In this document: positions 23,801-34,117 of the stretch, one piece after another
Position numbering within the stretch: position 1 is the stretch's first letter
Layout of the letters: every line of letters begins with the position of its first letter
Source: Pachysolen tannophilus NRRL Y-2460
Lineage: Eukaryota
Direction of reading: 5' to 3'
DNA length: 64,000 nucleotides
Assembly: GCA_001661245.1 (NCBI GenBank)
Contig: KV454012.1
Location: 62,001 to 126,000, forward strand
The notes under the pieces: model-generated
Databases searched by the model: none
What the model was told of the DNA's origin: nothing
What the model saw: only the letters and a program-made list of their open reading frames with translations
Position numbers and translations under genes: made by a program

Positions 23801-24506
23801 AAAACAGCCTACCAACTGCTAAAGATGGAAGCTTTTTCAATTGCTCTGTATTTGAAGTATACAAAGGACTTGGTGCTTCTAATATACTATTTCCCTCGCT
23901 ATAATTATTTTTCAAATTAGAAGAAACTTCTTCAATACTATCATTATCATCCATTTGTAATTGAAAAGGAACTTTTAGTACCACCAGATCTTGATTATTT
24001 TGATTAGTTTTTGTTGAAGAATGTGACTTGACAGTATTTATACGTAATTGATCTGCAAATTGTAATGGTGATGTAGGTTTTTTATGACGAATTTTTTTAA
24101 AACTTGTATCAGAATGATTATTGTGACTTGTATTCCCATTATTATTTATTGGAGCCAGATCATTTTTCAAAACTGATCTACGTGAGAAAAAACTTCCTGA
24201 TCCATGTGGATTATCATTAGACACCACTGAATTATTTTGATCATTTTGATCATTTTGAATATCATGATTTTTTGATTTTGGTTGAAATAATTTTTTCAAT
24301 CTTCTACTTGCCAGAGTAGATGAACTTCTATCTACATTATTATGTGATCCCCTTTTCATCTCCCCCAGTTTCCCATTTCTCTTTGCCATTGAGTTTGAAT
24401 CCTGTGATACGTCACTAGATTCTATTGATTTATCGTTATTAATATTTTTCATGAATAATTTTGAACTTAATGAACCACTTCGATTCATAACATCCGTTTC
24501 GGACAT
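20841..24506 (-). CDS. YSP2: LAM/LTC sterol transfer protein (GRAM + StART-like + TM), Ysp2/Lam4 type
   Basis: GRAM (DYSCALQREILVQGRIYLS), StART-like (QTPDVPSGNSFSV), C-terminal TM; neighbours SAE3, SKP1, PEX3. Confidence 0.85.
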   Translation of the reverse strand: MSETDVMNRSGSLSSKLFMKNINNDKSIESSDVSQDSNSMAKRNGKLGEMKRGSHNNVDRSSSTLASRRLKKLFQPKSKNHDIQNDQNDQNNSVVSNDNPHGSGSFFSRRSVLKNDLAPINNNGNTSHNNHSDTSFKKIRHKKPTSPLQFADQLRINTVKSHSSTKTNQNNQDLVVLKVPFQLQMDDNDSIEEVSSNLKNNYSEGNSILEAPSPLYTSNTEQLKKLPSLAVGRLFSSTKKLRKTRSNLSSPVTSFKDNSSDTSNFRRPLSPSSFANSTDINTSTVNNDSSVMEGDSRHLNGLSSSGKRNNSVSNEGGGLFSSFISAAQNAASHITSMGPDQNATHASLNGQTDDDDDKDSMINSTGINNNIKLKAEPKSKFSDVLSTIKLLASDAVGSNSNNTSFYLNNLYNDSLSQHIDTILTNKNVNETPSNMKPLSDSPIEDITKGITFKAVRKSQLNTLGKGDLNLSDFNDKNSSSNSNSNEELSEELQPAVNDNVPPRISIELPEETTKRPLLPQQETNNVNQGFLSAPVATTSNNNSIVRTPSAKSGLERKSISPRRRTLSPSFLKFSDSISLAPENIIRKKKQLHLKNYKKSIAASDDAVDYNSDTNDDGLSTLSPLLSKVVSTMTLNKFDSKDITFANEKTQAEFHQIFKQISPKERLIEDYSCALQREILVQGRIYLSENHICFNSNILGWVKNFVIPLEEVIQIEKKTTAGVFPNAILVQTLHSKHIFASLLSRDSTFDLLTVVWNKNIHSAALGSELEGGSAEDVDLAGDDTESYGSEDSYTSGDDVDYDGHNVNVSDVTSDMENMTNESDKDEQQNFNQKQEDYADHLGGAPYYEESINGLPLVGPKTHHPTENEYVKKPNDVLICDEKVNGPLGVIYLLLFGDDSLFIKSTLEKAKNYEISDIPKMERNENDIKLRSYSYKKPLNAPVGPKQTKCIITETVEKFDLNSTIHVLQTTQTPDVPSGNSFSVKTMFLLSWAENNRTRIVVMTSIDWTSKSWIKGAVERGTIDGQKEFIKIILSELKSTILLGALSTRKRTNTISRRKRASTKSRRKEEDKIKVEEADHEVKTENNYISMISDIISMIPASLRLPLGIFMFLLIVYLTLFRSLPSVSPSMEISGTSNVIINGRKYLMIPSDQGFNDENYLSNEMEYNIWNWIDDRNHMKKSTSNKKLQDKEFDIKDHHSRQNLEEMVRLMQLRLDELRDQLD

Positions 24507-25212
24507 TATAATACTTGTAATATATTATGTTTATACAATTATTAAACTAGTAGCATGAATTAATATATTATCTACTGTACAATTTCTTATTTCCTTAATG
24601 CTAAAGCAATTTATTAATTGAAATCAAAATTAATATGATCTTCTTGTAAATATACTTTGTTGCTTTATGTAGTAATGCAATTTTGACACAGTATAGCTGC
24701 AATTATACAAAAAAAAAAAAAATTACAAATCAAAATTTAACAAAAATTACAACAAATTGAATTAAATTCTCTTGATAAATCAACACCAATCACTATTTGA
24801 TCGAGGCAGAATATACCTGTCTCTCGGTAGAATATAATTCAACCTTTTTCTTTTTCTTTTTCTTTAGTATTATGTTGTTACGTTAGGTTACGTGTAGTTT
24901 CTATTTGCTAAATAGTAGTCATTGAAGCTTCTGGTTTCTTTTTTTTTTTTTTTTTTTTGTTCATATATGGTTAATCTTAATTCAATCTTTATGATTCTGA
25001 ACAACTTTTAACTGAAATCTAAACTATATGATTGTCTTTTATTTCAAAATGACAAATTTCAATTGTTTTCTTTTATCAAAATTCTTTGTATTTTATTTAA
25101 CTTTTCATATATTCCGTATGAGGAAAGTAGTAAAAAATATAGATAATAATAATAAAATTGATACCAATCAATACTTTTATAAAATAAAAATAAAAATGAA
25201 AATAATTAAAGG

Positions 25213-25815
25213 TTAACGATCTTCAGCCCATTCATTTTCACGTCTTATTGCAGCTTCTTCTTCTGGAGTAAAATCATTTACGATATTAAAAGTTTTCCTA
25301 ATTTCTTCTGGAGATTTGCCTCTTATCATTTCTGCAACCATTTTACAACCAGCATTTAATAATGGTTTAATATTCATATAATTTGCAGCCAATATAATTT
25401 CATATAACATTTCTTGATCTGTATTGAGGAAATTCTTATCCCATTCATCGATAGGAGCCGATTTCTTAGAATCATCATCTTCATCATCTTCAAAATCAAC
25501 ATCTTTATAATGTTCACACCATTCCAAAATAAATTTCATCACAGATGAAGACACATTAGGAAGCGGTATTTCAATTGGTTCGTCATCATCATCTTCGTCA
25601 ACATCATTTTTCTCACCATTACTGCCATTGCCCACACCTGAATCATTACCGTTATTTTCTAAATTTTTATCTTTATTTTCATCTTCATCCTCTTCTTCTT
25701 CACCAGCGAAAAGATCTTTAAGCATATTTTTCAACAAAATTGACTTCTCCATCACCTTCCTCTCTGTTGGAAACTTTTCATTATCAGAAGAAACCAAAAC
25801 ATAGCGCTTAACCAT
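25213..25815 (-). CDS. SKP1: SCF/CBF3 subunit Skp1
   Basis: [14 protein letters not shown]...[37 protein letters not shown]. Confidence 0.98.
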   Translation of the reverse strand: MVKRYVLVSSDNEKFPTERKVMEKSILLKNMLKDLFAGEEEEDEDENKDKNLENNGNDSGVGNGSNGEKNDVDEDDDDEPIEIPLPNVSSSVMKFILEWCEHYKDVDFEDDEDDDSKKSAPIDEWDKNFLNTDQEMLYEIILAANYMNIKPLLNAGCKMVAEMIRGKSPEEIRKTFNIVNDFTPEEEAAIRRENEWAEDR

Positions 25816-25866
25816 TTTCTAATATTATTATTATTATTATACTTTTTCTTTTTGTTCAATTTAAAT

Positions 25867-26059
25867 CTAAAACAATATATTTAGCATTAGTATGCCGCAT
25901 AAATTTTAAAATCATATAATATCATTCATTCCATGAGAGAGAGAGAGAAAAAAAAAAAAAAATTAGTTTTTTTTTTAAAATAACCTCTTTTTCTTTCCCT
26001 TTTCTCACCAAAAAAAACAATTCATCAATATAATCCAATAGATGATTAGAATTACTTAC
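25867..26059 (-). other. Candidate 5'-UTR intron of SKP1
   Basis: GTAAGT at 26059, TACTAAT at 25892-25886, TTTTAG ending 25867, about 50 nt before the ATG. Confidence 0.5.
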
Positions 26060-26569
26060 TTCTTAAAAACCTTATACAATTAATAATTAAAGCTATTCTC
26101 TTATTAATTTAATACCTTTGTGAGAGCTTTTCGAACACACACTTTTTTTTTTAGTAAGACAAAAAACAAAAAAAAAAATTAACAGTTAAAAAAGGTCGTA
26201 CGAAATCAAACCAAAAATCTATAAATGGACTTTGGTAATGGAGAACACGACTTTAATATTATTATGTAAATCTTTTCCAGATCAACTAGTTAGTTGTGAT
26301 AGTACCGACAACAACGACTAGAAGAGATTATTCTTCTGTATAGGCAGTCATTGACTGTGATTGTTGCATGTTTACTGCAAGGTAAATAGGGATGATTCTT
26401 AGTTGCAAAAAAAAACAAAAGTAAAAGAAAAAAAAAAAAAAGAAGCAGACACTTCAGTTAATATTAAGAAAGTTAAAAACAAAACAGATATACACTAATT
26501 CACATATTAAGAAAAAAACCAAAAACCAAAAAAAAAGAAGAAGACGGGAACCATAAAGCAAAAGAGTGT

Positions 26570-27769
26570 TTAGAAATTGGAATAAACACTGGCACTTAAA
26601 TCATTAAGCTCATCAATAGCTTGTAGTTGCTGAGTATCATCATTTGGTGTCATCTTTGTTAATTGTACTAATAACGCTGCTAATTTTTTTTTATTAGTTG
26701 TAGCATCATTATCAGACAATAATGAATTTTTAATTCTTTCAATGTTTCCAATAAATAAATGATCGATAGTAATTAATGTTTCTGAAGAATTGAAATAGTT
26801 GATTAATTCATTTTTCAATATTTCAAATTTATCATTTCCATTAAAATTTAAAGCATTATTATTAATATCTAAGCTAGATAAAGGTGATAACTTCTCAGAA
26901 TTTCCATCAATCAGGAATCCTAATACTTCATTTGGGTCCACTTTAATTGATACTGCAGTTTTTTTAATTAATTCAAAAAAATCAATTATAGTTAATTCTT
27001 GTCTAACATTTATATCTTTAAAAATTAATTCAACTTTAATTTGACATTCTTTAACAATTTTTTTATAACCATCACTTATTAAATAGTAAGTTAATGAAAG
27101 AAATTTTTTTTCAGCTTCTAAATCTTTAAAATTTAATTCTTCTTCATCTTCTAATGAACTACGTATTGGTATACCTTGTGTCTTTGATGCTAAATCAATC
27201 GCTGTTGCCAAATATGCTTTTCTCGATAAAATATTCAATTGAATATGTATTAATACTAATAACATTGATTGAGCATAAATAGCTGAAAGAAATCTTGCTA
27301 TAGAAACAATTTTTAAATCAGACCATAATTGTGTCTTAGACTTGGAATTTGAATTTGAATTTGAATTGTTTACGGACTTGATCCCAGATCCAGACTGAGA
27401 AGAAGACAAATCATCAGAATTTATAGTTGAAGAACCACCAACGTTATTATCACCACCATTACCTAATTGTCTTTCTAATCTTTTCAATTGTAACTCATTT
27501 GTAATTTTTTCAACAGGTAAATCTTGGAAAATAGGCTCGTTTAAAACAGGTATCAAACTTAAAAAAGTCAAATAACAATCTTTTTGAGTCTGCTGAAACC
27601 TCCTCTTAATCTGTTCCTTTGCAAAATTCTCTTCTTCAACCCTTTCTTGAAATTCATTTATCTTATCTTGTATATATCTTGTACCAATATAAACTAATGA
27701 AGCAATAGTTGTAGTTACTATAATTTTTTTCTTATTCCTATTGAAAAAACTCCTCAAATATCCAATCAT
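26570..27769 (-). CDS. PEX3: Peroxin Pex3
   Basis: RNKKK plus TM, FAKEQIKRRFQQTQKDC, C-terminal LSASVYSNF; first ATG at 27769. Confidence 0.96.
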   Translation of the reverse strand: MIGYLRSFFNRNKKKIIVTTTIASLVYIGTRYIQDKINEFQERVEEENFAKEQIKRRFQQTQKDCYLTFLSLIPVLNEPIFQDLPVEKITNELQLKRLERQLGNGGDNNVGGSSTINSDDLSSSQSGSGIKSVNNSNSNSNSKSKTQLWSDLKIVSIARFLSAIYAQSMLLVLIHIQLNILSRKAYLATAIDLASKTQGIPIRSSLEDEEELNFKDLEAEKKFLSLTYYLISDGYKKIVKECQIKVELIFKDINVRQELTIIDFFELIKKTAVSIKVDPNEVLGFLIDGNSEKLSPLSSLDINNNALNFNGNDKFEILKNELINYFNSSETLITIDHLFIGNIERIKNSLLSDNDATTNKKKLAALLVQLTKMTPNDDTQQLQAIDELNDLSASVYSNF

Positions 27770-28043
27770 GTTCAATCACCAACCTAAAAAACAATCTCAA
27801 TCACTTCTTCTAATAGATTTTATACAAATATTAATCTTCAATTCTTTAATCAATTCGTTATCTTCTTCATTTATTCAATAAATAAATTTCTTTTAAAAGT
27901 ATTAAATACACATACATTATTTTCCACGACTTGTTTTATGGCCATTTTTTTTTTCTTTTGTAGAAAACTTTTCATTTTTAAAAATGACTTGATTTCATTG
28001 GGATATTATTTAGGAGTAAGAGGTTATTCTAGGGTTTAGGAAG

Positions 28044-30500
28044 ATGTTTATGAGAGTGGGTATCAGGAGGCTGCTGTTATCAAGGCTGGTACAGCTGGTA
28101 CGGTTGATGGAACTAGGTTTTTTAATTCCCAAGACAAAGGTGAATGATGGTTTGATTGCATATAACGGTATGAGGTTCAATTCCTCATCATCATCTTCAT
28201 CGTCATCGAGTTTATTGTCGAATTTCCCTAAAAATAAGAAAAGAAGTTCTTTGGCTAAATCTTCTAAATTTGGATCAAAGATAAGGAAGCAAGATGTTGA
28301 AGTTAAAGATGAGGGAAAGAAGAAAGAACAAGAGCTGCCTCACGAAATACAAGTAGAAAATTCGAATGACAAGTCAAAACTGAAAATGGATTTATCAAAC
28401 CATACTAATGTCAATTCAACTAAAGATTTTAAAAATAATAGAGACAGAAGAAATTTGAAGAAATCATCTGAAACTAAAAAGATAACAGAGGAATTTGCGA
28501 AAAAATTAGAACAAGAACAAAGATCAAAATCAAATAAAAATAAAAATAAAAAAAAATCAATGGAATTAACAGATTTAAAACAAAAACATTTAAATTCTTC
28601 ATCAATTACTAAAATACCTTTAGCAATACCAACTTTCTTGACTGTGGCAAATCTTGCAAATATCTTGAAAATTAGAATGGACAGTTTATTACAAAAACTT
28701 GAAGAATTGGGATTTAATAAAATAACTTATAATTATATCTTGGATAATGAAACTGCTTCTTTGATTGCCGATGAATACGGATTTGAAATAGTAGTAAATG
28801 ATGATTTAGGACTGGATTTGTTCCCCAGTGAACAAACTAAAGATGTTTCATTATTGAAACCTCGTGCTCCCATTGTCACCATCATGGGCCATGTTGATCA
28901 TGGTAAAACTACAATTTTGGATTTTTTACGTAAATCTTCTATAGTATCTAAAGAACATGGTGGAATAACACAACATATAGGTGCATTTTCTGTAATTGTA
29001 CCAAATTCAGGGAAAAAAATCACTTTTTTAGATACACCAGGTCATGCCGCTTTCTTGAAAATGAGGGAGAGAGGAGCAAATATTACTGATATTGTCGTTT
29101 TAGTAGTTGCTGCTGATGATTCCGTTATGCCACAAACTAAAGAAGCCATAAAACATGCAAAGAAAGCAGGAGTTCAAATAGTTGTTGCCATAAATAAATG
29201 TGATAAGCCAAATGCTAACCCACAGAAAGTCATTGCTGATCTTGCTGCTAATGGTATTGATGTAGAAGATTATGGTGGTGAAATTCAAACAGTAAAAGTT
29301 AGTGGAAAGACAGGTTTGGGTATGGAAGAGTTGGAAGAAGCCATTGTTACATTACTGGATATTCAAGAATTGAAAGCTCAAGTTTCTAAAGTTCCTGTAG
29401 AAGGATGGATTATTGAATCAGAAGTCAAGAAAGGTCTTGGAAATGTAGCTACTTTTTTAGTGACAAAAGGTACATTGAAGCCCGGATCGATATTAGTAGC
29501 AGGAAAAACTTGGTGTAAAGTAAAATCTATGAAAGATGAATTTGGTGTAACAGTTAAATCCGCAGCTCCATCAACACCAATAGAAGTTATTGGTTGGAAA
29601 GAGCTTCCAGAGGCAGGTGATCAAGCAATTGAAGCCAAAGATGAGTTATTTGCTAAAAAAGTAGTTAATAATAGAATTACTAGAGATGAAAAGATTAAAG
29701 AGGCCAAAGATATTGAAACTATTAATCAAAGAAGACTAGAAGAACAAGAACTGCAACTGCGTAAAGAAAAATTGCAAGAATTGAATAAATTGGGACTTTC
29801 TTTAGAAGATATAAAGGATAAAAATTTGTTGGATAATGAACAATTACAAGAATTTGAGTCATTAAAACCAAAGACTAAAATAGTTCCTTATATCGTTAAA
29901 TCGGATGTAAGTGGTTCCTCAGAAGCGATTGTGGAGAGTATTTCTAATTTGGGTAATGAAGAAGTTAAATCTTCCGTGTTATATAGCGAAGTTGGTTTTC
30001 CAACAGAGAGTGATATTGATAGAGCAGAAACTTCTGGTGCAACTATTATATGCTTCAATTTGAAAGTTCCAAAAGAAATTTCTAACAAGGCGTCAAGGAA
30101 AAATGTTATCATAAAGGAGCATACTGTAATTTACCACCTCATCGAAGATGTCGTTGAGCAATTGACTTCTTTCTTACCACCAAAAATTGAAATAAAAGTA
30201 TTAGCCACAACAGAGATCAGGCTGACTTTTAATATTACTGATAAAAACAAAAAAGTATTTAAAATTGCTGGATGTAGAGTTCAGGATGGAGTTTTGAAAA
30301 GAAATTCCAAAATTAGAGTTATGAGAAATAAGAGCCCTATATATGTTGGCCAATTGGATTCTTTAAAACATGAAAAAGATGAAGTTATTGAAGTTAAAAA
30401 GGGTACTGAGTGTGGGTTATCTTTTGGAAAATGGCAAGATTTCCAAGAAGGTGATATCATAGAGTCATATCAAGAAGTTGAAATTAAAAGATACTTGTAA
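28044..30500 (+). CDS. IFM1: Mitochondrial translation initiation factor IF2
   Basis: TIMGHVDHGKTT, GGITQHIGAF, DTPGHAAF, NKCD. Confidence 0.97.
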   Translation: MFMRVGIRRLLLSRLVQLVRLMELGFLIPKTKVNDGLIAYNGMRFNSSSSSSSSSSLLSNFPKNKKRSSLAKSSKFGSKIRKQDVEVKDEGKKKEQELPHEIQVENSNDKSKLKMDLSNHTNVNSTKDFKNNRDRRNLKKSSETKKITEEFAKKLEQEQRSKSNKNKNKKKSMELTDLKQKHLNSSSITKIPLAIPTFLTVANLANILKIRMDSLLQKLEELGFNKITYNYILDNETASLIADEYGFEIVVNDDLGLDLFPSEQTKDVSLLKPRAPIVTIMGHVDHGKTTILDFLRKSSIVSKEHGGITQHIGAFSVIVPNSGKKITFLDTPGHAAFLKMRERGANITDIVVLVVAADDSVMPQTKEAIKHAKKAGVQIVVAINKCDKPNANPQKVIADLAANGIDVEDYGGEIQTVKVSGKTGLGMEELEEAIVTLLDIQELKAQVSKVPVEGWIIESEVKKGLGNVATFLVTKGTLKPGSILVAGKTWCKVKSMKDEFGVTVKSAAPSTPIEVIGWKELPEAGDQAIEAKDELFAKKVVNNRITRDEKIKEAKDIETINQRRLEEQELQLRKEKLQELNKLGLSLEDIKDKNLLDNEQLQEFESLKPKTKIVPYIVKSDVSGSSEAIVESISNLGNEEVKSSVLYSEVGFPTESDIDRAETSGATIICFNLKVPKEISNKASRKNVIIKEHTVIYHLIEDVVEQLTSFLPPKIEIKVLATTEIRLTFNITDKNKKVFKIAGCRVQDGVLKRNSKIRVMRNKSPIYVGQLDSLKHEKDEVIEVKKGTECGLSFGKWQDFQEGDIIESYQEVEIKRYL

Positions 30501-30591
30501 AATTAGTTATATAGGAAACATAAAAATCTTCCAAAAACTTGTATATATAAATATATTATTATTAGTCAAAAAAATTAATATTTTTTTACAA

Positions 30592-31086
30592 TTATACAGA
30601 TTCTTCCCATTGAACACCACACCATTCCTCTATGTATCCAACATGATTTTCATCTAAGTGAGGCATATAATCCTCAACATCTGTACACACAATAATAGTC
30701 CCCCATTCCATTCCGTTAATTATATCAATGTTATCCTTTTCCAAATCTAAGATAGCTTGTGGCATTAATTGTAATTCAAATTGCCGTGTACTTGAAGGAT
30801 TATAACCAGGTATAGGAATCTTAAATTCGCCATCTTTATTATTGAAGATTTTATAAATGTCATCCTTACCTGAATAAAGTAAAGGTTTCCCACCTAAATC
30901 ATACCTTAAGACTTGTGATGGATTGTGAGAAATGAGCTGAGTCAAGTTTTGGAAAACAGGATCATCGAGCATAGAGACAATTCTTTGCGATTCTTGTCTA
31001 TCACCTAATTTAGAATCTCCAGTATTGTCAGAAGATGAACCAACTTCAAATTCTGTATCCAAGACAGAATTATCCAACTCATCAAG
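30592..31086 (-). CDS. TSR4: Tsr4 C-terminal part (PDCD2_C), separated by inversion
   Basis: HNPSQVLRYDLGGKPLLYS, FELQLMP, GMEWGTIIVCT, VQWEE; no ATG start of its own. Confidence 0.92.
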   Translation of the reverse strand, partial: LDELDNSVLDTEFEVGSSSDNTGDSKLGDRQESQRIVSMLDDPVFQNLTQLISHNPSQVLRYDLGGKPLLYSGKDDIYKIFNNKDGEFKIPIPGYNPSSTRQFELQLMPQAILDLEKDNIDIINGMEWGTIIVCTDVEDYMPHLDENHVGYIEEWCGVQWEESV

Positions 31087-31176
31087 AGTGGATTTGGAAG
31101 AGAATTGGGAGAAAGTGGACTAGATATGTACCTCCAAACAAAAGCAGTCCACTTTAACTTATCCAGAACGCTATGA
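31087..31176 (+). CDS. Last 29 codons of the aldehyde dehydrogenase, displaced by inversion
   Basis: Reads SGFGRELGESGLDMYLQTKAVHFNLSRTL*, the canonical ALDH tail that follows PFGGxKx. Confidence 0.93.
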   Translation, partial: SGFGRELGESGLDMYLQTKAVHFNLSRTL

Positions 31177-31489
31177 GAAACCTTTTTTTTTTTTCTTGCT
31201 TGCTTGCTTGCTTGCTTGCTTCATAGCCCAAATGGTAGATTAATCCCAAATGGTGGATTACATAGCCAAATGGCCAACCTGTTGTTGCTCCATCTTTTGG
31301 TATCTTATTGAATGGAAGCTTTCTGAAGGTAGTTCGGCTCAAATCAAACTTCTCAAAGTGTATAATGTATAGCATAAATAGAACATAAAACTTTTCACTT
31401 TTGTAATTATCTATTTTCAATTCCATAATATATCAAGTTTAAAGAAGCTACTTTTTTGTTGGTTTTTTATTGTGAAGAAGTAAGAGAAG

Positions 31490-32242
31490 ATGTCGAGTTA
31501 TAATGATCTTTCATCAGATGATGAAGATGAAAGTTTATCGAATTCAAAGCCTAGTGTTGTCTTAGGGTTTGTTGATGCTCCGATTACTGAAAATGATAAA
31601 CCAACATTTGAAGATACATTTCTTGGAAGTGTTCCAGTTTGGTTAGATGAGAATTCGCCTCCTTCTTTGGAATTATTATGTTGTAAATCGTGTGGTGGGT
31701 CAATGGCATTGCTACTACAGGCTTTTTCACCGATGGAAAATACTTTTTATGATAGGGTTATTTATATTTTTGCTTGTAAGAAGCCATCTTGTAAGCGGCG
31801 TAAAGGTTCAATAAGAGCAATAAGGTCAATACGAAAAGATCCTATAAAGATGAAAGAGTTGGAAGAACAAACATTGGAATCTGATTTGAAGAATAAATTA
31901 GAATTAGACAATCAGAAAAAATTGGAGGTGGATTTTACAAAAGATTTATTTAAACAGGGTAATAGTCAAAACCAAAACCCATTTGCATCATCAAACCCAT
32001 TTGAAAATAATCCATTTAGTTCAAAGACTGAAACTGAAAAACCAGAGAAATCTCAAAAGAAAGAAGTTTCAAAGCCAACATTTGCAGATATACTGTCTAC
32101 TAAAAATATAAAAGATGTTAAGAAAAAATCAAATAAAACTTCCAAATCAATAACTTTAGAAGAATATCCAGGTTCTTTCTTATACGTTCTGCCTGAAAAA
32201 TTCAAAAAGACAAATCAAGATCAAAATGAAATGAAACAGAAA
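31490..32242 (+). CDS. TSR4: Tsr4 N-terminal part (251 codons) inside the inverted segment
   Basis: VVLGFVD, DTFLGSVPVWL, CKSCG..MALLLQAFSP, YDRVIYIFAC; after 32242 the frame runs into the ALDH antisense strand. Confidence 0.92.
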
Positions 32243-33655
32243 CATTTTGACTCCACCAAATGGGACTCTAAAATCACTAGCATTGGTGCTATTAACCCAT
32301 ATCTGGCCACTTTGCACCTTTTTAGCAAAATTGTGAGCTCTTTTGTAACTTTCTGTGAAAATTGAGGCACCAAGTCCATATTTGGTATCATTTGCTAAAA
32401 AAATACCTTCTTCATCAGTTTTAAATTTAGAAACCGTTACAACAGGTCCAAAAATTTCCTCCTGAACAATTTCCATATCTTGTGTTACATTTGTGAATAT
32501 AGTTGGTTCTATGTAACAACTCTCTTCAGGAAATCCAGATGGAGCTTTCCCACCAAGAATGATTTTGGCACCCAGTTTCTTACCCGAGTCAATGAAGCTC
32601 AAAATACGCATCTGTTGAATTTTAGATACTTGTGGACCAATATTAGTTTCTTTTCCAAAAGGATCTCCCGGTTTGAAAACTTCTTCAACTCTTTTTTTCA
32701 ATTTTGGTAAAAATTTATCATATACATTTTCTTGGACATAAATTCTTGATGTACCAATACAAATCTGGCCCATATTATACATAATACCAAAAGCTGCCCA
32801 TTTCAGAGCTTCATCAAGATCGGCATCGTCACAAATTAATAATGGAGACTTCCCACCGCATTCCATTGTGACAGCTTTCAAGTTTGATGAAGCTAATTGC
32901 TGAACAATTTGACCAACTTTAGTAGAACCGGTAAAAGAAATCTTATCAACATCCATATGAGAAGCAAGTGCGGCTCCTGCTACTGGACCATGGCCAGAAA
33001 CAACATTAAATACACCAGGTGGGAACCCAGCTTCAACAAAAAGTTCGGCCATTTTCAAAATCGATAATGGTGTATTTTCTGCTGATTTCATGATTATCAC
33101 ATTCCCTGCGGCTAATGCAGGTGCAATCTTCCATCCAGCCATACATATGGGATAGTTCCATGGAACAATATGTCCAACAACACCATATGGAATTTTTTCA
33201 TAGTAAGCAAACTTTTCATTTCCAACTGGAATGGTCCTACCATGTGTCTTATCGCAATAACCAGCATAATATCTAAATACATTCACAGTATATTCAATAT
33301 CAAAAATCAGATTGGTGTATCTTGGCTTCCCAGAATCATAACTTTCAATATCAGAAAGTAAATCTTTATGTTCTTCCAACAACTCTGCAAATTTGTACAT
33401 CAATTTACCTCTATCAGTACCGGATATGTCATTCCAAACGTTTTCAAAACAGTCTCTAGCACACTTAACAGCCACATCGACGTCTTTCTCATTACCTTCA
33501 TAAACAGAACAAATAATTTTTCCTGTTGAAGGATCCACTGTGTCAAGCGTTTTCTTGTCAATAGATTCAACAAATTGATTATTGATGAATAAACCTCTCG
33601 GTTGTCTATACTTTTTACCAGTAGGAAGCTCAATATCGATTTGGAGTTGACTCAT
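32243..33655 (-). CDS. Cytosolic aldehyde dehydrogenase (Ald2/Ald3-like), codons 1-471; tail at 31087-31176
   Basis: IVPWNYP, KSAENTPLS, FTGSTKVG, MECGGKSP, GQICIG, EEIFGPV, PFGGVKM. Confidence 0.93.
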
Positions 33656-33839
33656 TTTACCAATATCAGCCAAGCTAAAAATTTGAAATCTTGGACAGTT
33701 CCACTTCAATAATCAACTGGAAATCAACTCCAACTTATTCATTTATTTTTAAGACAAAATTACACTCTGCTACCTGTCAAACCTTCTAATCACAACTGCT
33801 CAAAATGCCTATCTGCTCAAGGCAGAAGATGCCAGTTTG

Positions 33840-33876
33840 GGCGGTATTTTACCCGACAATGGTGGAAAATTCCGCC
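33840..33876. promoter_or_regulatory. Two opposed SGCGGNWTTT (UAS-GABA/Uga3-type) sites upstream of ALDH
   Basis: GGCGGTATTT at 33840-33849 (+) and GGCGGAATTT at 33876-33867 (-). Confidence 0.5.
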
Positions 33877-34117
33877 GCAGAGTAAAACCCACATATAACA
33901 TGCATATACTTGCTTACATATAAGAGATCAATAATACCGTAGATAAAAATTTGATTCTTGATATTGTCAAAAGAAATCTAAATGATTGTGATGAACGTAA
34001 GTATCATTTCAAACGATAATAGTATTCATAACTAACTATAGTTAAAGTATAGAATTTAAAAAGAGAAAAAAAAATAAAAAAATAAAAGAATAAAATTAAG
34101 CAACCACATATTAATGT

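Noticed and set aside
26263..26406. Hairpin-rich stretch with AGAATA and ACA on the minus strand (possible snoRNA)
   Set aside because: Only one convincing long hairpin, no 5' hairpin or identifiable pocket, and the strand is ambiguous
31080..32250. Site-specific invertase or mating-type-like flip-flop system
   Set aside because: No inverted repeats at the junctions, no recombinase or MAT genes, and the breakpoints are inside conserved coding motifs
32180..32365. Apparent convergent overlap of TSR4 and ALDH reading frames
   Set aside because: Both extensions are chimeric read-through past the inversion breakpoint at 32242/32243
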